From NCBI GenBank assembly GCA_964234715.1, contig OZ174283.1: a DNA stretch of 64,000 bases; one strand, given 5' to 3'. The stretch is from Podarcis melisellensis (taxonomy: Eukaryota). Below the pieces are notes generated by a model that was not told the origin of the DNA, did not search any database, and was given only the letters and a program-made list of their open reading frames with translations. The translations under genes were made by a program, and so were the position numbers. Shown one piece after another: positions 52,927 through 64,000 of the stretch (the stretch's first letter is position 1; each line of letters begins with the position of its first letter).

Positions 52927-54571
52927 GTAACCTTTATGCAATTATGTAGTCTAAAGCAGCTATTGTAGAAAAAACAAGTTTATTTTTTTGTAAAAAATGT
53001 TTTAAATTTGCATTTAGAACTTTCATATTTTTAAAAGAATTTTTGCTGATATCCAAGATCCTCAATTCTACAAATTGGCAGTGTTCTCACATAACACCAA
53101 ATCATAAAATGTGCTTTGGTAAGTCATACTGTGCATGAGCTACATGCTTGTGTACACAGTCCAAGCACTCCGACTTCAATCCACCCCTCACAATGACTAT
53201 GTCAGCCTAAACCTTGCAGTCATGGTTTGTTAAGGCAAAACAAACCACAGTCCGGGATTTGGACATCCCACTAACCTAGTTGTCATGGTTTGCTTACCCA
53301 CACATCTGAAAGTAGGTGAAGTGGGAGTACTTGGGCTGTGTGCACAGGATGGCTTAGCATTGCGGTGCCAACACAGCCATTGTATAGCAACTATTGGGTT
53401 TTCAGGTTTATTAGTTATTTTCGCCAGCTGTTGAAGGCTTAGCCTAATCCCTGAACATTGCCTTGAAATTGCATTTTTGAGATTTCAGAGCATAAAGAAC
53501 AATGCAAGATTGTTTTAAGGGGCCCTGTCGCTCCTTCAGATGCCATGACCAAAAGTCAGAGATGATAATAGTTCCAGTCCAACAACAACTGGAACACCCA
53601 TCCCTGTTTGAAAATCTTAAAGACAATCTTGCACCATTGTTCTTTTGTAAATGTGTAGGTTAAATTAGTGTAAGGGGTACTGTGTGGAACTGCCTTTAAG
53701 ATCTCTTTCCTTTTCTAATGCCAATCTAGTAATATGCTGTGATAATTAGTTTAAGCTTTGCTCTGTGTGCCTGCTTTAAAATGTAGTTGGTGGCAACCCA
53801 GATAAAGCTTTGTGATTCTCAGGGTTTGGAACTGCCTTCCTGAGAAATTGCATGTGGCATCCTTTCTTTGTGATGCCAGGTAAAATCAGTATTGTTCTGA
53901 TGAGCATTTGAGGAAGGTGTTTTGTTAATCCTTTTTATTTCTGTGTTTTAACTTGAATTCTGTTATCTTCAGGTGATACCTGTAGCTGTTAACTGGTGTT
54001 GGTCACTTCAGATGCATAGAAAACAGTGCAATAAAAATAGTTTACTTTTTTCCCCGAGATCCTGAAAAACAACTGGATGTTGAATTATTTGAAAATTAGC
54101 AAAATGTCTGTGGTCATGATGTGGTGGTGTGAAGACCATATAATGCAAAATACTGTGCTCTCCACAGCTTCCCTGTTGGGGAGGATCAGGCCACTCACCA
54201 TCAGTAGTGTAGGGCAAGATTTGCCCTTTCTCTACAGTATTCTCCTGAGATGTAGTGTGTTGTGACAATTTTTCATATGTTTGATAAGAAAGAGGGCTGA
54301 ATTGGGATAGGGCTTCTTAAATACACACTCTGCCCTAATGACTCAGCCATGAATAATCAACCATACTGATAACTATATAGTCCTGCCTCTTAATCAGCAG
54401 TCCATTCTGAATGCTGGGTAGTGTTGAAACTGGCTTAGCCTAACCTTCAAAATATGCAGCTCAACCAGAATAATTGAAATAACATGAAACTTCTTTTGTT
54501 GACTTCAACTAGAATTGGATTGCAGTTTTAAGTGTTCGGTGGTTTTCATTCTTTAATGCTTTGTTTTCTAG

Positions 54572-55571
54572 GACTGACATACCTGATGGCAATAAGAAGC
54601 TTTTTCCTTCGTTAACACTACAGACCGCTTTAAAAGACCACTCTGAGAGAGAAATGAAGAACAATGCACTTAGTGAGCAAAGCTCTGCACAGTGGCCTAC
54701 TGAAGAGATACTTGATGAAACAAACATAGCAGTACACAGTGCTGATAATTCAGCTTCTTACAATGGCGAGAACTTAACAATGTCTGAAAAGGTTCAGAAC
54801 AGTGAATCTTTCTCTTCCCATTTGCAGTTGCCTCATTCAAGGACAGTTAGACCCAGGCCAGCGCTTGCATTTTTCTTACAACAGAATATATCCAAACCTT
54901 CCTATACTGAATCTGCTGCACCTGCTGAACGTAAACTTCATTTGTATAGTAGTAGGACTGATGATGACACACAAGAAGCAATTTACCAAAATCTTCCTCC
55001 TCCTTTGCCACCAAAGAAATATGCTCTCACTGGTTTGCATGGATTAGAATATGAATCTGCTGTGGATTTAAAATCAACAGAAGTATCAGGCACAAATCCT
55101 TCCAGTGTTGAAAGGCATGTTGCAAGAGTAACTTCAAAGACTGTACCTGAAGCAAGTCCATTTACACATGAAGAAAGACTTAAATCATTTCACGGGAATG
55201 AGTCTTCCAAGATGAATTTTCCATCAAGTTTATCAGTAAACGATCTGCAGGCTGTATCCAATAATCCTATACATAAGGGAGCTTGCCTCACAGGACAAGG
55301 TGCTAGCTCCCTGGATGCAAATGCCAATGATATTGTATCTCTTACTACTTACTTTTCAGTTGACAACTGTATGACTGATACATACAGGATGAAATACCAC
55401 CAGAGACCCAAGCTGTATTTTGCAGACACTGGCGTGTTAAACAAAGAGACACCTTTGCCACCAAGTGGAATACAGATGAACACTTCATACCACAGTAATT
55501 CCGAATCAAATTATCCTACAACTGATCAGAGACATAAACCGAGCATTGGAAATATATATTGCAATAGGTAG
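54572..55571 (+). CDS. USP53: USP53 terminal coding exon
   Basis: Matches ORF 54561-55571; acceptor ttttctag|. Contains IYQNLPPPLPPKKY and SLTTYFSVDNCMTDTYRMKYHQRPKL; ends in TAG. Confidence 0.93.
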
Positions 55572-56065
55572 AATATGCAACCATTGAGCATAAATGCTTG
55601 GCGCCCCAACATGTTGCAATGTTTAGGTTTCTGTACCTCACTTATACTTCATTTAGAAGTTACAGCTATTGAATGATGGTTTTGCACATGCATGCGTGTT
55701 TAAGAGAGATACAAAGACTTGGACCTGTTACTTTTGTGCTTTAACAAGATTTGCTCTTATTATAGGCTAATGCATAATTATTCAGCCAGCATTGTTACTC
55801 TTTTAAAATTAGAATCTACAAGAAATCCCCTTTAAACTGGCATTCATTTGATAAATAGGAATAGTTTGCTTTTCGCAACTAATGAATGCTGCACCTTTTT
55901 AATATGACTTGGACTAACTAGTAGAAATCATTATGAAATACCTCCTTTGGGTTCCGATCTCACAAGTGTTTAATATTAGTTACTCATCTCTATTTCAGAG
56001 CACTTTCTTTATATTACATAATGGAAATCATGCATCTTTTAATCACCAACCACCATTTTATCAGT

Positions 56066-56253
56066 CATAGAAAGATAGGATGCTGCCTTACACCAAGTCA
56101 GATCATTGGTCCATCTAGCTCAGTAGTGTCTGCACTGACTGTCAGGGGCTCACCATGGTTTTAGACCGGGATTTCTCCCAGCCCTACCTGGGGATTGAAC
56201 CTAAGACCTTTTGCATGCAAAGCATGTCCTCTATCACTGAGCCAAGGCCCTTC
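56066..56253 (-). mobile_element. tRNA-derived SINE, antisense within the putative USP53 3' UTR
   Basis: Reverse complement matches the 17861 SINE (GCTCAGTGATAGAG...TTTGCATGCAAAAGGTC...GGTTCAATCCCC...GAGCTAGATGGACCAATG). Confidence 0.78.
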
Positions 56254-56669
56254 TCCAGGCAGGAAATGCTTATGCATAATTGTTCAAGATCTCTAATGTA
56301 GAATAGCCTTTCATGGTTTTAGAATGGTAGTTTGTGGGTAGGGAAGTCCATCCCATGATGGTTACTGTTCTGGCTTAATTAATTATGGCTACAGTGTTGT
56401 ATTATTTATTTGGTGTTCATACAAACTTCACCAAAGGATACATGCAGTAACAAAGAAGTACAGTCTCCTAGGGGTTTCTGTCACCTTGGGTTTCAATTGG
56501 AATATTTTGCTCCCTGGTTATGTAAAGTTTTCACAATAAGGAATGATTTGTGTGTTTGTATGGGAAGTTTATTTTACCATGGAGGCATTTTCAGACCAGC
56601 TCATGTTAAAACTGAAGTGATAGACTTTTGGGAACTGTACTACCTCAATATGGCATATTGATTCTGTCC

Positions 56670-56864
56670 CACTGACGGAGGAAGAAGTGTGCGGGGGGAG
56701 CGTACCACCCCCGGCAGCACGATCCCGGTGGGGTGCCATTGCGGCTGCCCCCCCCCACCGTCCGCACTGGGTGCCACACCCCTACGGGTGGCACGCCCCG
56801 CCCCCAGGATGCACGCCCTGCCTGCTTCCACCCCCCGGTGCCAGAGCATGCAGCTCCGCCACTG
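56670..56864. mobile_element. GC-rich hAT MITE in the putative USP53 3' UTR
   Basis: CACTGACGGAG / CTCCGCCACTG ends; TSD TTCTGTCC / GTCTGTCC. Confidence 0.8.
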
Positions 56865-59800
56865 GTCTGTCCTTAGTGTACATAAACCAAGGGAATTTCG
56901 ATAGTTTAGGGGTAGCCAATGTATGGGTTGCATGCTGCATCTGACCTTTACCCCCAGGCCTACATAGCTTTGTGATATCAATATTTAGCTACCTGCCTGT
57001 AGATTGATCATTTCCAGGATAAGAACCTTTGCAGGCTGTATGTGGTTATAGGTGTAAGGAGGTGAGCTTTTCTATGGAGACAGACCCTTGTTAAGGAGTT
57101 CTGAGCAAACAGAGAATAAGTATTTTTGAAGATGCTTTATAAAGTACTGGCCCGACCTAAGACTCTTACCTGGAATCCCTTGCAAGATTGTGGAAAGTGC
57201 ATTTAATGGGAGTGTTGTCTTGACTTTCCCTTTATATTCAGGTACTGTTAACTAAAAAGTTACAGTAGTTCTAATACTACTGTCGCCTTGCCACATTGGT
57301 AAGATTTCTTTTTGCTGTTGTAGGTTTTTCTTGCTGTTGTAGGCTTTAAAACTGTTTTAGTTTAGACTGCAATCTTACAAATGCTGGAGGATATCCTGAT
57401 ATCAGAACTATGCACAGAATGGTACATATAATCTGAAAAATTGTGCAGAAAGTATGTTGAGTTCCTTGAGTCAATTATTTCCATTGCCCTGGATATCTTG
57501 TAACAAAGTCAGTCCATCAGATGTTTAGTATTTGAAATGATGCCTTAATAAGTGACTTTGAGTTTAATATATAAAATAGTAGCTAGAATTTCAAATAGCA
57601 ATAGCTGGTGTTCCACACAGCCTACTTTAAATATTGCAAATTCTGCATAGCAGTTGGATGTACTAGGGGTTGGTTGGGACTGTCTTTGTGCTGCAGGAAA
57701 GATTTTCATATCATGAATTGTATAAATATATTTTTATATTGAAACTTGCTCTGGAAAACATTATTTATATATCTCTGCATGTATGGAAAATACTGTTTGG
57801 CTTTCCAAACATTTTATTTAAAACTACAAGCAGGGGGCACAAAATATTCCTCAGGAGCTATCATGGAATCAGATAGATCTTTGAGGGGAAATGTTATGGC
57901 AAGACTGTGGGTTGCATCCTGCAAAGTGATCCTGTTTGTGAAAGGACTTCCACTTGTATTATGGAGCTTCCCCTCCCTCTCTCAGCTGCCCCCTAAATAT
58001 GTTCTGGGGGTTCCTCAACTGTCTCAAGAAGCTTAAGCATAAGTCCTTGCATGGACAGGACAACTTTACTGGATAAAACCCTTTAATTCACTTTTTATAA
58101 GTGTTTTGAATAAATAAGGCCTTCAAGATGATTGCTGGGAGAGAAAATGTAAATGCCTTTTAGCTTTAATCGTAGTGATAGTTAATATATTTTTCAAACA
58201 CTCCATAATGCTTGCACTGTACTTGGATTAAATCCAGAATATGTTTGTGCTTTTAACCAAATGGTGACAATCATAGCATAGCTGCCCAAGACTTTGGGTC
58301 TATTCAAGACATTGCTTTGTTTGAGGACTTGCATGCTTCATCATTGTTGGCATAAAGTAATGTCTGCATTGTGAGATTTCACATTTATTTGAATCTGAGA
58401 TCTTCAGTCATGCCTAGTCTAGATTTGGAGGCCATGTAATGTCTGAACAGACCTCTTATGTTTACGTTAAGTGTCTTAACCATAAACATAACCTAAGATT
58501 TGTTGCTTACCAGTATGTATGCACCAGACCAAATATCCTTCAACAGTTGCTCCACATCTTCTTGCCTCCTTTGCTGCTTCTATCAGTAGTGCTGCTGCAA
58601 GCTTGTACATATAACACACACTTACAACTGCAAGTGAAACCAAACCTTTCCCCCTTCATTTAGGACAGAAGGAATTTAATCTAAAAGCAGTCGTGTAAAG
58701 TTCCTGTTTCTAATACAGTACTTGAGGGTTTTTTAAATAAGTAAATAAACTTTTCTCTCTCATTCCTTATACACAAATAACATGCGATGTTGTTGTAAAG
58801 CCTTCAGGGGCAGAAGTGGCATTGTGACAAGTACTGGAATCTTAAGTGTACAGTTGAAAGCTCTTACTGAAATGTATTTGAATTTGCAGTATTTATGTAA
58901 AGACTAACAAATGTGAATGACCTACTGTAAGAGCGTTACTACATTTTAAAAATGTGCATAGCAAAGTGTCACTTTACAAACCAGAAATGTTAATTTGTAA
59001 ATTTGTTTCTAACGTGCTTGTGGGCACAGTCAACAAATGTATTTTGTTTGTAAGAAAGCTGAGTAGCGTCATACTTTCTGAAGTGTACATGTCCTTTAAA
59101 GAAACTTAGATGTTTCTTCGTTTTCAGTCTTTGTAGACAAACTTTTGTACAGATCTGTGGCTACCAGATAATGCTTCTGTCATAACAGATGGTCAATTTT
59201 AACTGACCGTGCACTCTTAGTAGATGAATATTTGCTAGCAAATGTGCATACATTGATTTTTGACTTCTCCAGGGTGCCTATTTTTATAATTGTTCCCTTC
59301 AGATTATAGATTTGTATGACTTTTGTAATGTTAAATGCATTTAACATGTCTTGTAAAAATATTTTCATTGTCTAGAAAATTTTAATCCAAAATTGCATTT
59401 TTCTGCCCATTCAACTGTCAGATAAAAATGGAGTTACCCTACAGAGTGTTTATCTACTTCACTTGTATGTGTGTTTGTTCCTAGCAAGGTTTGCGTTTGA
59501 TAAATGTTATTTTCAAGAAAATGGATAAAATGTTCCTTACCACTGAAAGACTTCTCACACTGGGATTGTTAACCTTTGTGTCAAATGAGCAAGCTAGCTG
59601 GTAGAAAATCGGTTTTCGTGACTTCCTTCTGCTCTATTGCATTTTTCATTGCATCTAAGAATTAACCTTGTGAGGCTTGTGTTCCTGTAAACAGGTGGCT
59701 AACCTGTGGTCCTCCAGCTGCTGCTGGGAATTGGAAATTTAACAAAATCTGGAAGTGTGCAGCTGCCTGTGCTGTACAAAGGCTGAAATGAAATGAATTC

Positions 59801-60000
59801 CTTGATGTGAAACATATTTGACATGGGTCAAGTTCAGGATTAAGTCCATTTAGTGTGGTCTCCTCTTTGTTAAGGCTGCAGCTCTGTACACACTTAAGTG
59901 GAACAAGAGCTGTGGGGCTATAACCAGACTAGCATAAAAGTGATTGACCTTTTAAATACCAATTTTCTTATGTGCTCTAGTTTCAGATTTTCAATACATA

Positions 60001-61602
60001 CAGTCGTACCTTGGTTTTGGAATAGCTTAGTTCCCAAACGTTTTGGCTCCCGAACGCTGCAAACTTGGAAGTGACTGTTCTGGTTTGCGAACTATTTTTG
60101 GAAGCCTAACGGACTTGCAGAATTGATTTGACTGTATGAGCATATACTGTAACTACCATGCACAGTGATACTGGGGCCCACATTGGTGGCAGCAATGTTA
60201 GTTCAATACCCTGTTCGTATTGTATGGCAAGGGAGACACACCTTCATTCCCTGCCCACCCCTCCATTTTTGAATGGTTTTTTTCTTCTCAACCACTCCTT
60301 TCATAGCATAGAATCTTAGGAGTTGGGAGGGGACCCAAGGGTCATCTAGTCCAACCCCCCCCCCCCCCCCGTAATGCAGGAATCTCAGCTAATGTATCCA
60401 TGACAGATGGCCATCCAACCTGTTTAAAAACCTCTAATGAAGCAGAGTCCACCTCCACCACCTCTTGTGGGAGTCTGTTCCACTGCTGAACAGCTCTTAC
60501 TGTCAGAAAGTTTTTCTGAATGTTCAGCCGGAATCTCGTTTCTTGCGACTTGAAGCCATTGGTTCGAGACCTACCCTCCAGAGCAGGAGAAAACAAGATT
60601 GCTCCCTCTTCCATGTGACAGCTCTTAGGCAACGCTGAGAACAAAGTGTTTTTAAAGAGAAACTGCTCAGTGTGTGATAAAGAGGCTAGGAAGACACTGT
60701 GCTTACCTTCAGGCATGCATATGTTATGTTCTGAAACTCTGAACCCACACAAGCCAGTCACTGCAAAGGACAAACACAGCTGTCCTATCTAATTCAGTTT
60801 GGCTGTTGGAATTGGCCATAATGCCCAATAAAAGGGATATCCGCTTACCCTTAACCATCTGCACAACAGACTTTTAAACTCTTCTGCACATCAACAGTTA
60901 AATATGCCTTCCAATCTATTCCAAATTACTCTTTAAAGTGTGAATGCATAGATAAAATGAACCATTTTAATATAGTGGAAAATCTTTAAGTGCATCAACA
61001 ACAGCGTAACATTTGTCATAAGGCACTACTTCCATCCATTTCAGGTTGAAAAGTAGAAGGTCAAACCACACGTCTGGCAGGCTCAACAAAGAGTGCTAAC
61101 AGTTCAAATGCAGTTGTCGCAGGCATCACTTCTCGAGAGAACAGTCTGTAACAGTTTCCCAAACGTCTCTTTGTTCCGAACAGACATGCTGCTGGAGGAA
61201 TGGCAACAATAGCTTTTCTACCATGGAATCAGGTTGTCCTGCTGGATGAAGAAAACTGGAGTTAGGACATAGCATGTCAGTGTGCCCGCTACAAACTGAA
61301 TATATAAGCAGACCCAATAAACCGGACCAAAGACCTAAGCAGGCCAGAACCCTGTTTCCCACTGTAGCCAAGCAGATGCCTCTGCAAAGCCTGCCAGCAG
61401 GACATAAAAGCATTTTTAATCATACAAAAACCACCCACACCCACCATAGGTTGCAGTCCATGTAGCACTAAGGTAAAAGTTCAACCACCATAAAGATTTT
61501 CTCACCATGCACACCCCTTAAATCGGTTCTTTAGTTTCCGGAAGTTTTGGAAGTCGAACGGACTTCCAAAACAGATTCTGTTTGACTTCCAAGGTACGAC
61601 TG
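60001..61602. mobile_element. Tigger/pogo-like MITE ends (60001-about 60133 and about 61535-61602) bracketing 1.4 kb of other sequence
   Basis: TA|CAGTCGTACCTTGG ... CCAAGGTACGACTG|TA, a perfect 14-bp inverted pair. Confidence 0.7.
60307..60625 (-). mobile_element. CR1 LINE 3' end (ORF2 C-terminus plus tail)
   Basis: ORF 60342-60773 contains CHMEEG..LFS...GRSRTNGFK.QE.RFRLNI.KNFLTVRAVQQWNRLP.EVV; tail GGACTAGATGACC...ATTCTATG. A short tail-only copy lies at about 11766-11835 (-). Confidence 0.9.
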
Positions 61603-61961
61603 TATTGTTTTCCATCCATAACCATCAAGACTGAATTAGTGTTAGAAACTCGGGTATATAAGCTAATGCCAAATGACACCTTAAACCTAGGTTATGGTCT
61701 AAACAGTGGGGTGTCTAGGTGGCATTTCCACCCCATGAAAATTCTTATTATTCATTTCATTTCATTTCTATACCACTTTAGATTTTAAAGAACAAATCCC
61801 AATGCAACACATTAAAACATCAAATAAAACAATGCAGAAGAAAGCAAAATGAAGCTTCAAGGAAAATACTTCAATTCCTTCTCTAAGTGACATTCTGCTT
61901 TCCCCATATTCATTTACCTAATAAATAGGGGTCAACAGCTGAAGTACTGTAGGAATCTGTT

Positions 61962-62255
61962 GTGATATAGTGGTTAGAGTGTCGGTCTAGGACCTGGCAG
62001 TTCAAAGTTCAAATCAAAGCTCAGTCAAAGTTCAAATCAAAGCTCAATGGGTGACCTTGAGCCAGTCACAGCATCTTAACCCAGGCATGGCGAAACGTGG
62101 CCCTCCAGCTGTTTTGGGACTACAACTCCCATCATCCCTAACTATCAGGACCAGTGGTCAGGGATGATGGGAGTTGTAGTGCCCAAACAGCTGGAAGGCC
62201 AAGTTTGGCCATGCCTGCCTTAACCATACCTCACAGGTCGCTGTAGGGGTTAAAG
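61962..62255 (+). mobile_element. MIR-like (CORE) tRNA SINE with a nested hAT MITE at 62082-62217
   Basis: TAGTGGTTAGAGTG head, GGGTGACCTTGAGCCAGTCAC core, ACCTCACAGG tail. The nested palindromic MITE CAGGCATGG...CCATGCCTG has TSD TCTTAACC / CCTTAACC. Confidence 0.78.
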
Positions 62256-63818
62256 GGGGGGTGAACCATGTACTCCTTGGAGAACAAGGTGTGATATACA
62301 GGCAATTAATGAGCTGCCCTGTTTATCAGCTTAAGAAAGGTACAGGAGCCAGCTAGATAGAGATATCAGTTGCCAACTTGGCATCCAGAGATTTCCATGT
62401 GGGCACAATTGGATCTGTGCTAATCACATAATGTGACTGGTGCCTGTGGGGTTTCTTAACACTGCTGTGAACGTGCACAAATGGGAACAAGCAGTTTTCC
62501 AAGCCCAGGTTTGGCAATTGTTGTTTAATCGTGTCCGACTCTTCGTGACCCCATGGACCAGACAGAGCATGCCAGGCACTCCTGTTAATTAATGTGCTGA
62601 AGTTAGTTTTGGCAAGGTGGCAGTTGATACAATTCTGCTGCACGTGTTTTGACTACCTCTGTGTTCTCAAAACCACAGGTGACATATTAAAAAACAACAA
62701 CTTCAAGACATTGTAAGAGTTCCGTTGTATGCCGTTTCTCCAGATCCTGAAAACATTACATGAAATTCTGGGCAAGCCTGTACATTTGCCACAATCAGCA
62801 AAATCACTTACCAAGTCGGCTCTATTGCATTGTCAGTATGCCATTATTACATTTATTGCAAAAGCTCCAGATCCAATCTAATCTCAGCATCAGTAAAATG
62901 TTTGACTGCGGTACTTAATAGAACACATATGTGAAACTCCTCCAACCATAGTAATGTCTCTCTAAATGGCAGTGCGTTCTTTCAGCCTGTTCTTACACCT
63001 TTGGCATCCACTGATGGACACCACAGCAGCATCAATTATAGGAAGATACTAATGTGATGCTGGACAAAGTTGGGTATCACCTACCACCTTGATGTTGAGC
63101 CCAGTCCAACTGACAGCATGCCAGACAACCATGTCCAACCGATGCAATAGAAACAATATTTGGCCTCTACATATGTATTGCAACAACCAAGCTGTCCTTG
63201 AGGAAGATAATAACTAGGTTTTATGAACAGTTAAAATTTTTGAGAAAACTTTGCACTTCAACTTTTATGTTTTTTGGATTTGTCGATGCAGGCATGATAG
63301 CAACACACTGGAATAATAAAAAGTACCCACTTTTGATTTGAGTTATCTTTCTTTCTTTCTTCCCCCCTCTTCACTTTTATTTCACATCAAAAATGTTGCA
63401 TTTGCCAAGCTGCTTTCTCACCTTGTGAGAACGTTTGAGTAGTACAGACTTTGGACTTTCTTTTTTCTTTTTACACAACTGTAAAAAAACAGGGGGGGAA
63501 GAGTTCAGTGGTAAAGGACATGCTCTACTTGAAGAAGGTTCCAGCTTCAATCCTTGGTATCGCCAGATAAGGCTGGAAAAAGACTCTTGCATAAAACCCT
63601 GGAGAGTTGCTTGCTGTCACCTAGTTAGATAGACGAGTGGCTGCCTTATAATCGGAATTTCCACTCAGCCAAGCTGATAAAGCCTCATTTTCCTCCGGTG
63701 GAGCCTTCAGAATCGCCTCCGACGAATAATTAACAACCCGAGCCTTTGATGAGGCCTCAGACACAATCCATTAAGCAGAGTTTCCAGCAGCATGTGAAAG
63801 TGATGAGATTTATGGCTA

Positions 63819-64000
63819 CAGTGGTACCTTGCAAGACGAATGCCTCGTAAGACGAAAGAGTTTTTCGTTTTTTGAGTTGCTTCGCAAGACGAATTTCCCT
63901 ATGGGCTTGCTTCGCAAGACGAAAACGTCTTGCAAGTTTGTTTCCTTTTTCTTAAAACCGTTAATACCCAGGGTGCATTGCTTGAAGAGGTGCAGTTGCG
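63819..64000. mobile_element. Left end of a Tigger/pogo-like element, truncated by the window edge
   Basis: TA|CAGTGGTACCTT followed by repeated GCAAGACGAA subterminal units. Confidence 0.75.

Larger units (their letters stand above)
55572..59400 (+). other. USP53: Probable long USP53 3' UTR (end uncertain; AATAAA at 58109 and 58744)
   Basis: AU-rich sequence after the stop with TGTA-rich tracts typical of 3' UTRs. The boundary cannot be determined from sequence. Confidence 0.5.

Noticed and set aside
60342-60773. 143-aa minus-strand ORF as a host gene
   Set aside because: It is the C-terminus of CR1 ORF2 plus flanking read-through.
59400-64000. C4orf3/another-regulin CDS expected from human synteny
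   Set aside because: No HSYWLD.W...FD..-like transmembrane peptide recognised on either strand.

Overview
Vertebrate genomic DNA, most likely a lacertid lizard (inferred from the repeat complement: Sauria SINE, BovB, CR1, tRNA-derived SINEs, TA-flanked Tc1/mariner-pogo MITEs and hAT MITEs). Two + strand genes are present. (1) MYOZ2 (myozenin-2/calsarcin-1): the last four coding exons at 6184-6353, 10130-10259, 13011-13194 and 19835-20069; I could not find the first coding exon, which is probably upstream of the window. (2) USP53, apparently complete: CpG-island promoter at about 30.1-31.5 kb, 15 coding exons from ATG 38038 to TAG 55571 (3321 nt, 1106 aa, all GT-AG, phases consistent) and a long 3' UTR. 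Almost all other ORF-track entries are chance, repeat-derived or CpG-island ORFs. I found no convincing new multi-gene system. Best leads: (a) minus-strand splice signals downstream of USP53, suggesting a convergent spliced transcript, with one candidate exon lying between matching transposon TIRs (60001-61602); (b) an intact Cys41/His301/Asp318 triad plus PP2A-B56 and beta-TrCP-type motifs in USP53; (c) a uORF-rich USP53 5' UTR exon with several alternative acceptors; (d) a 31-bp-stem MITE hairpin just downstream of MYOZ2. Repeat family names come from recalled consensus features, not from a database search.
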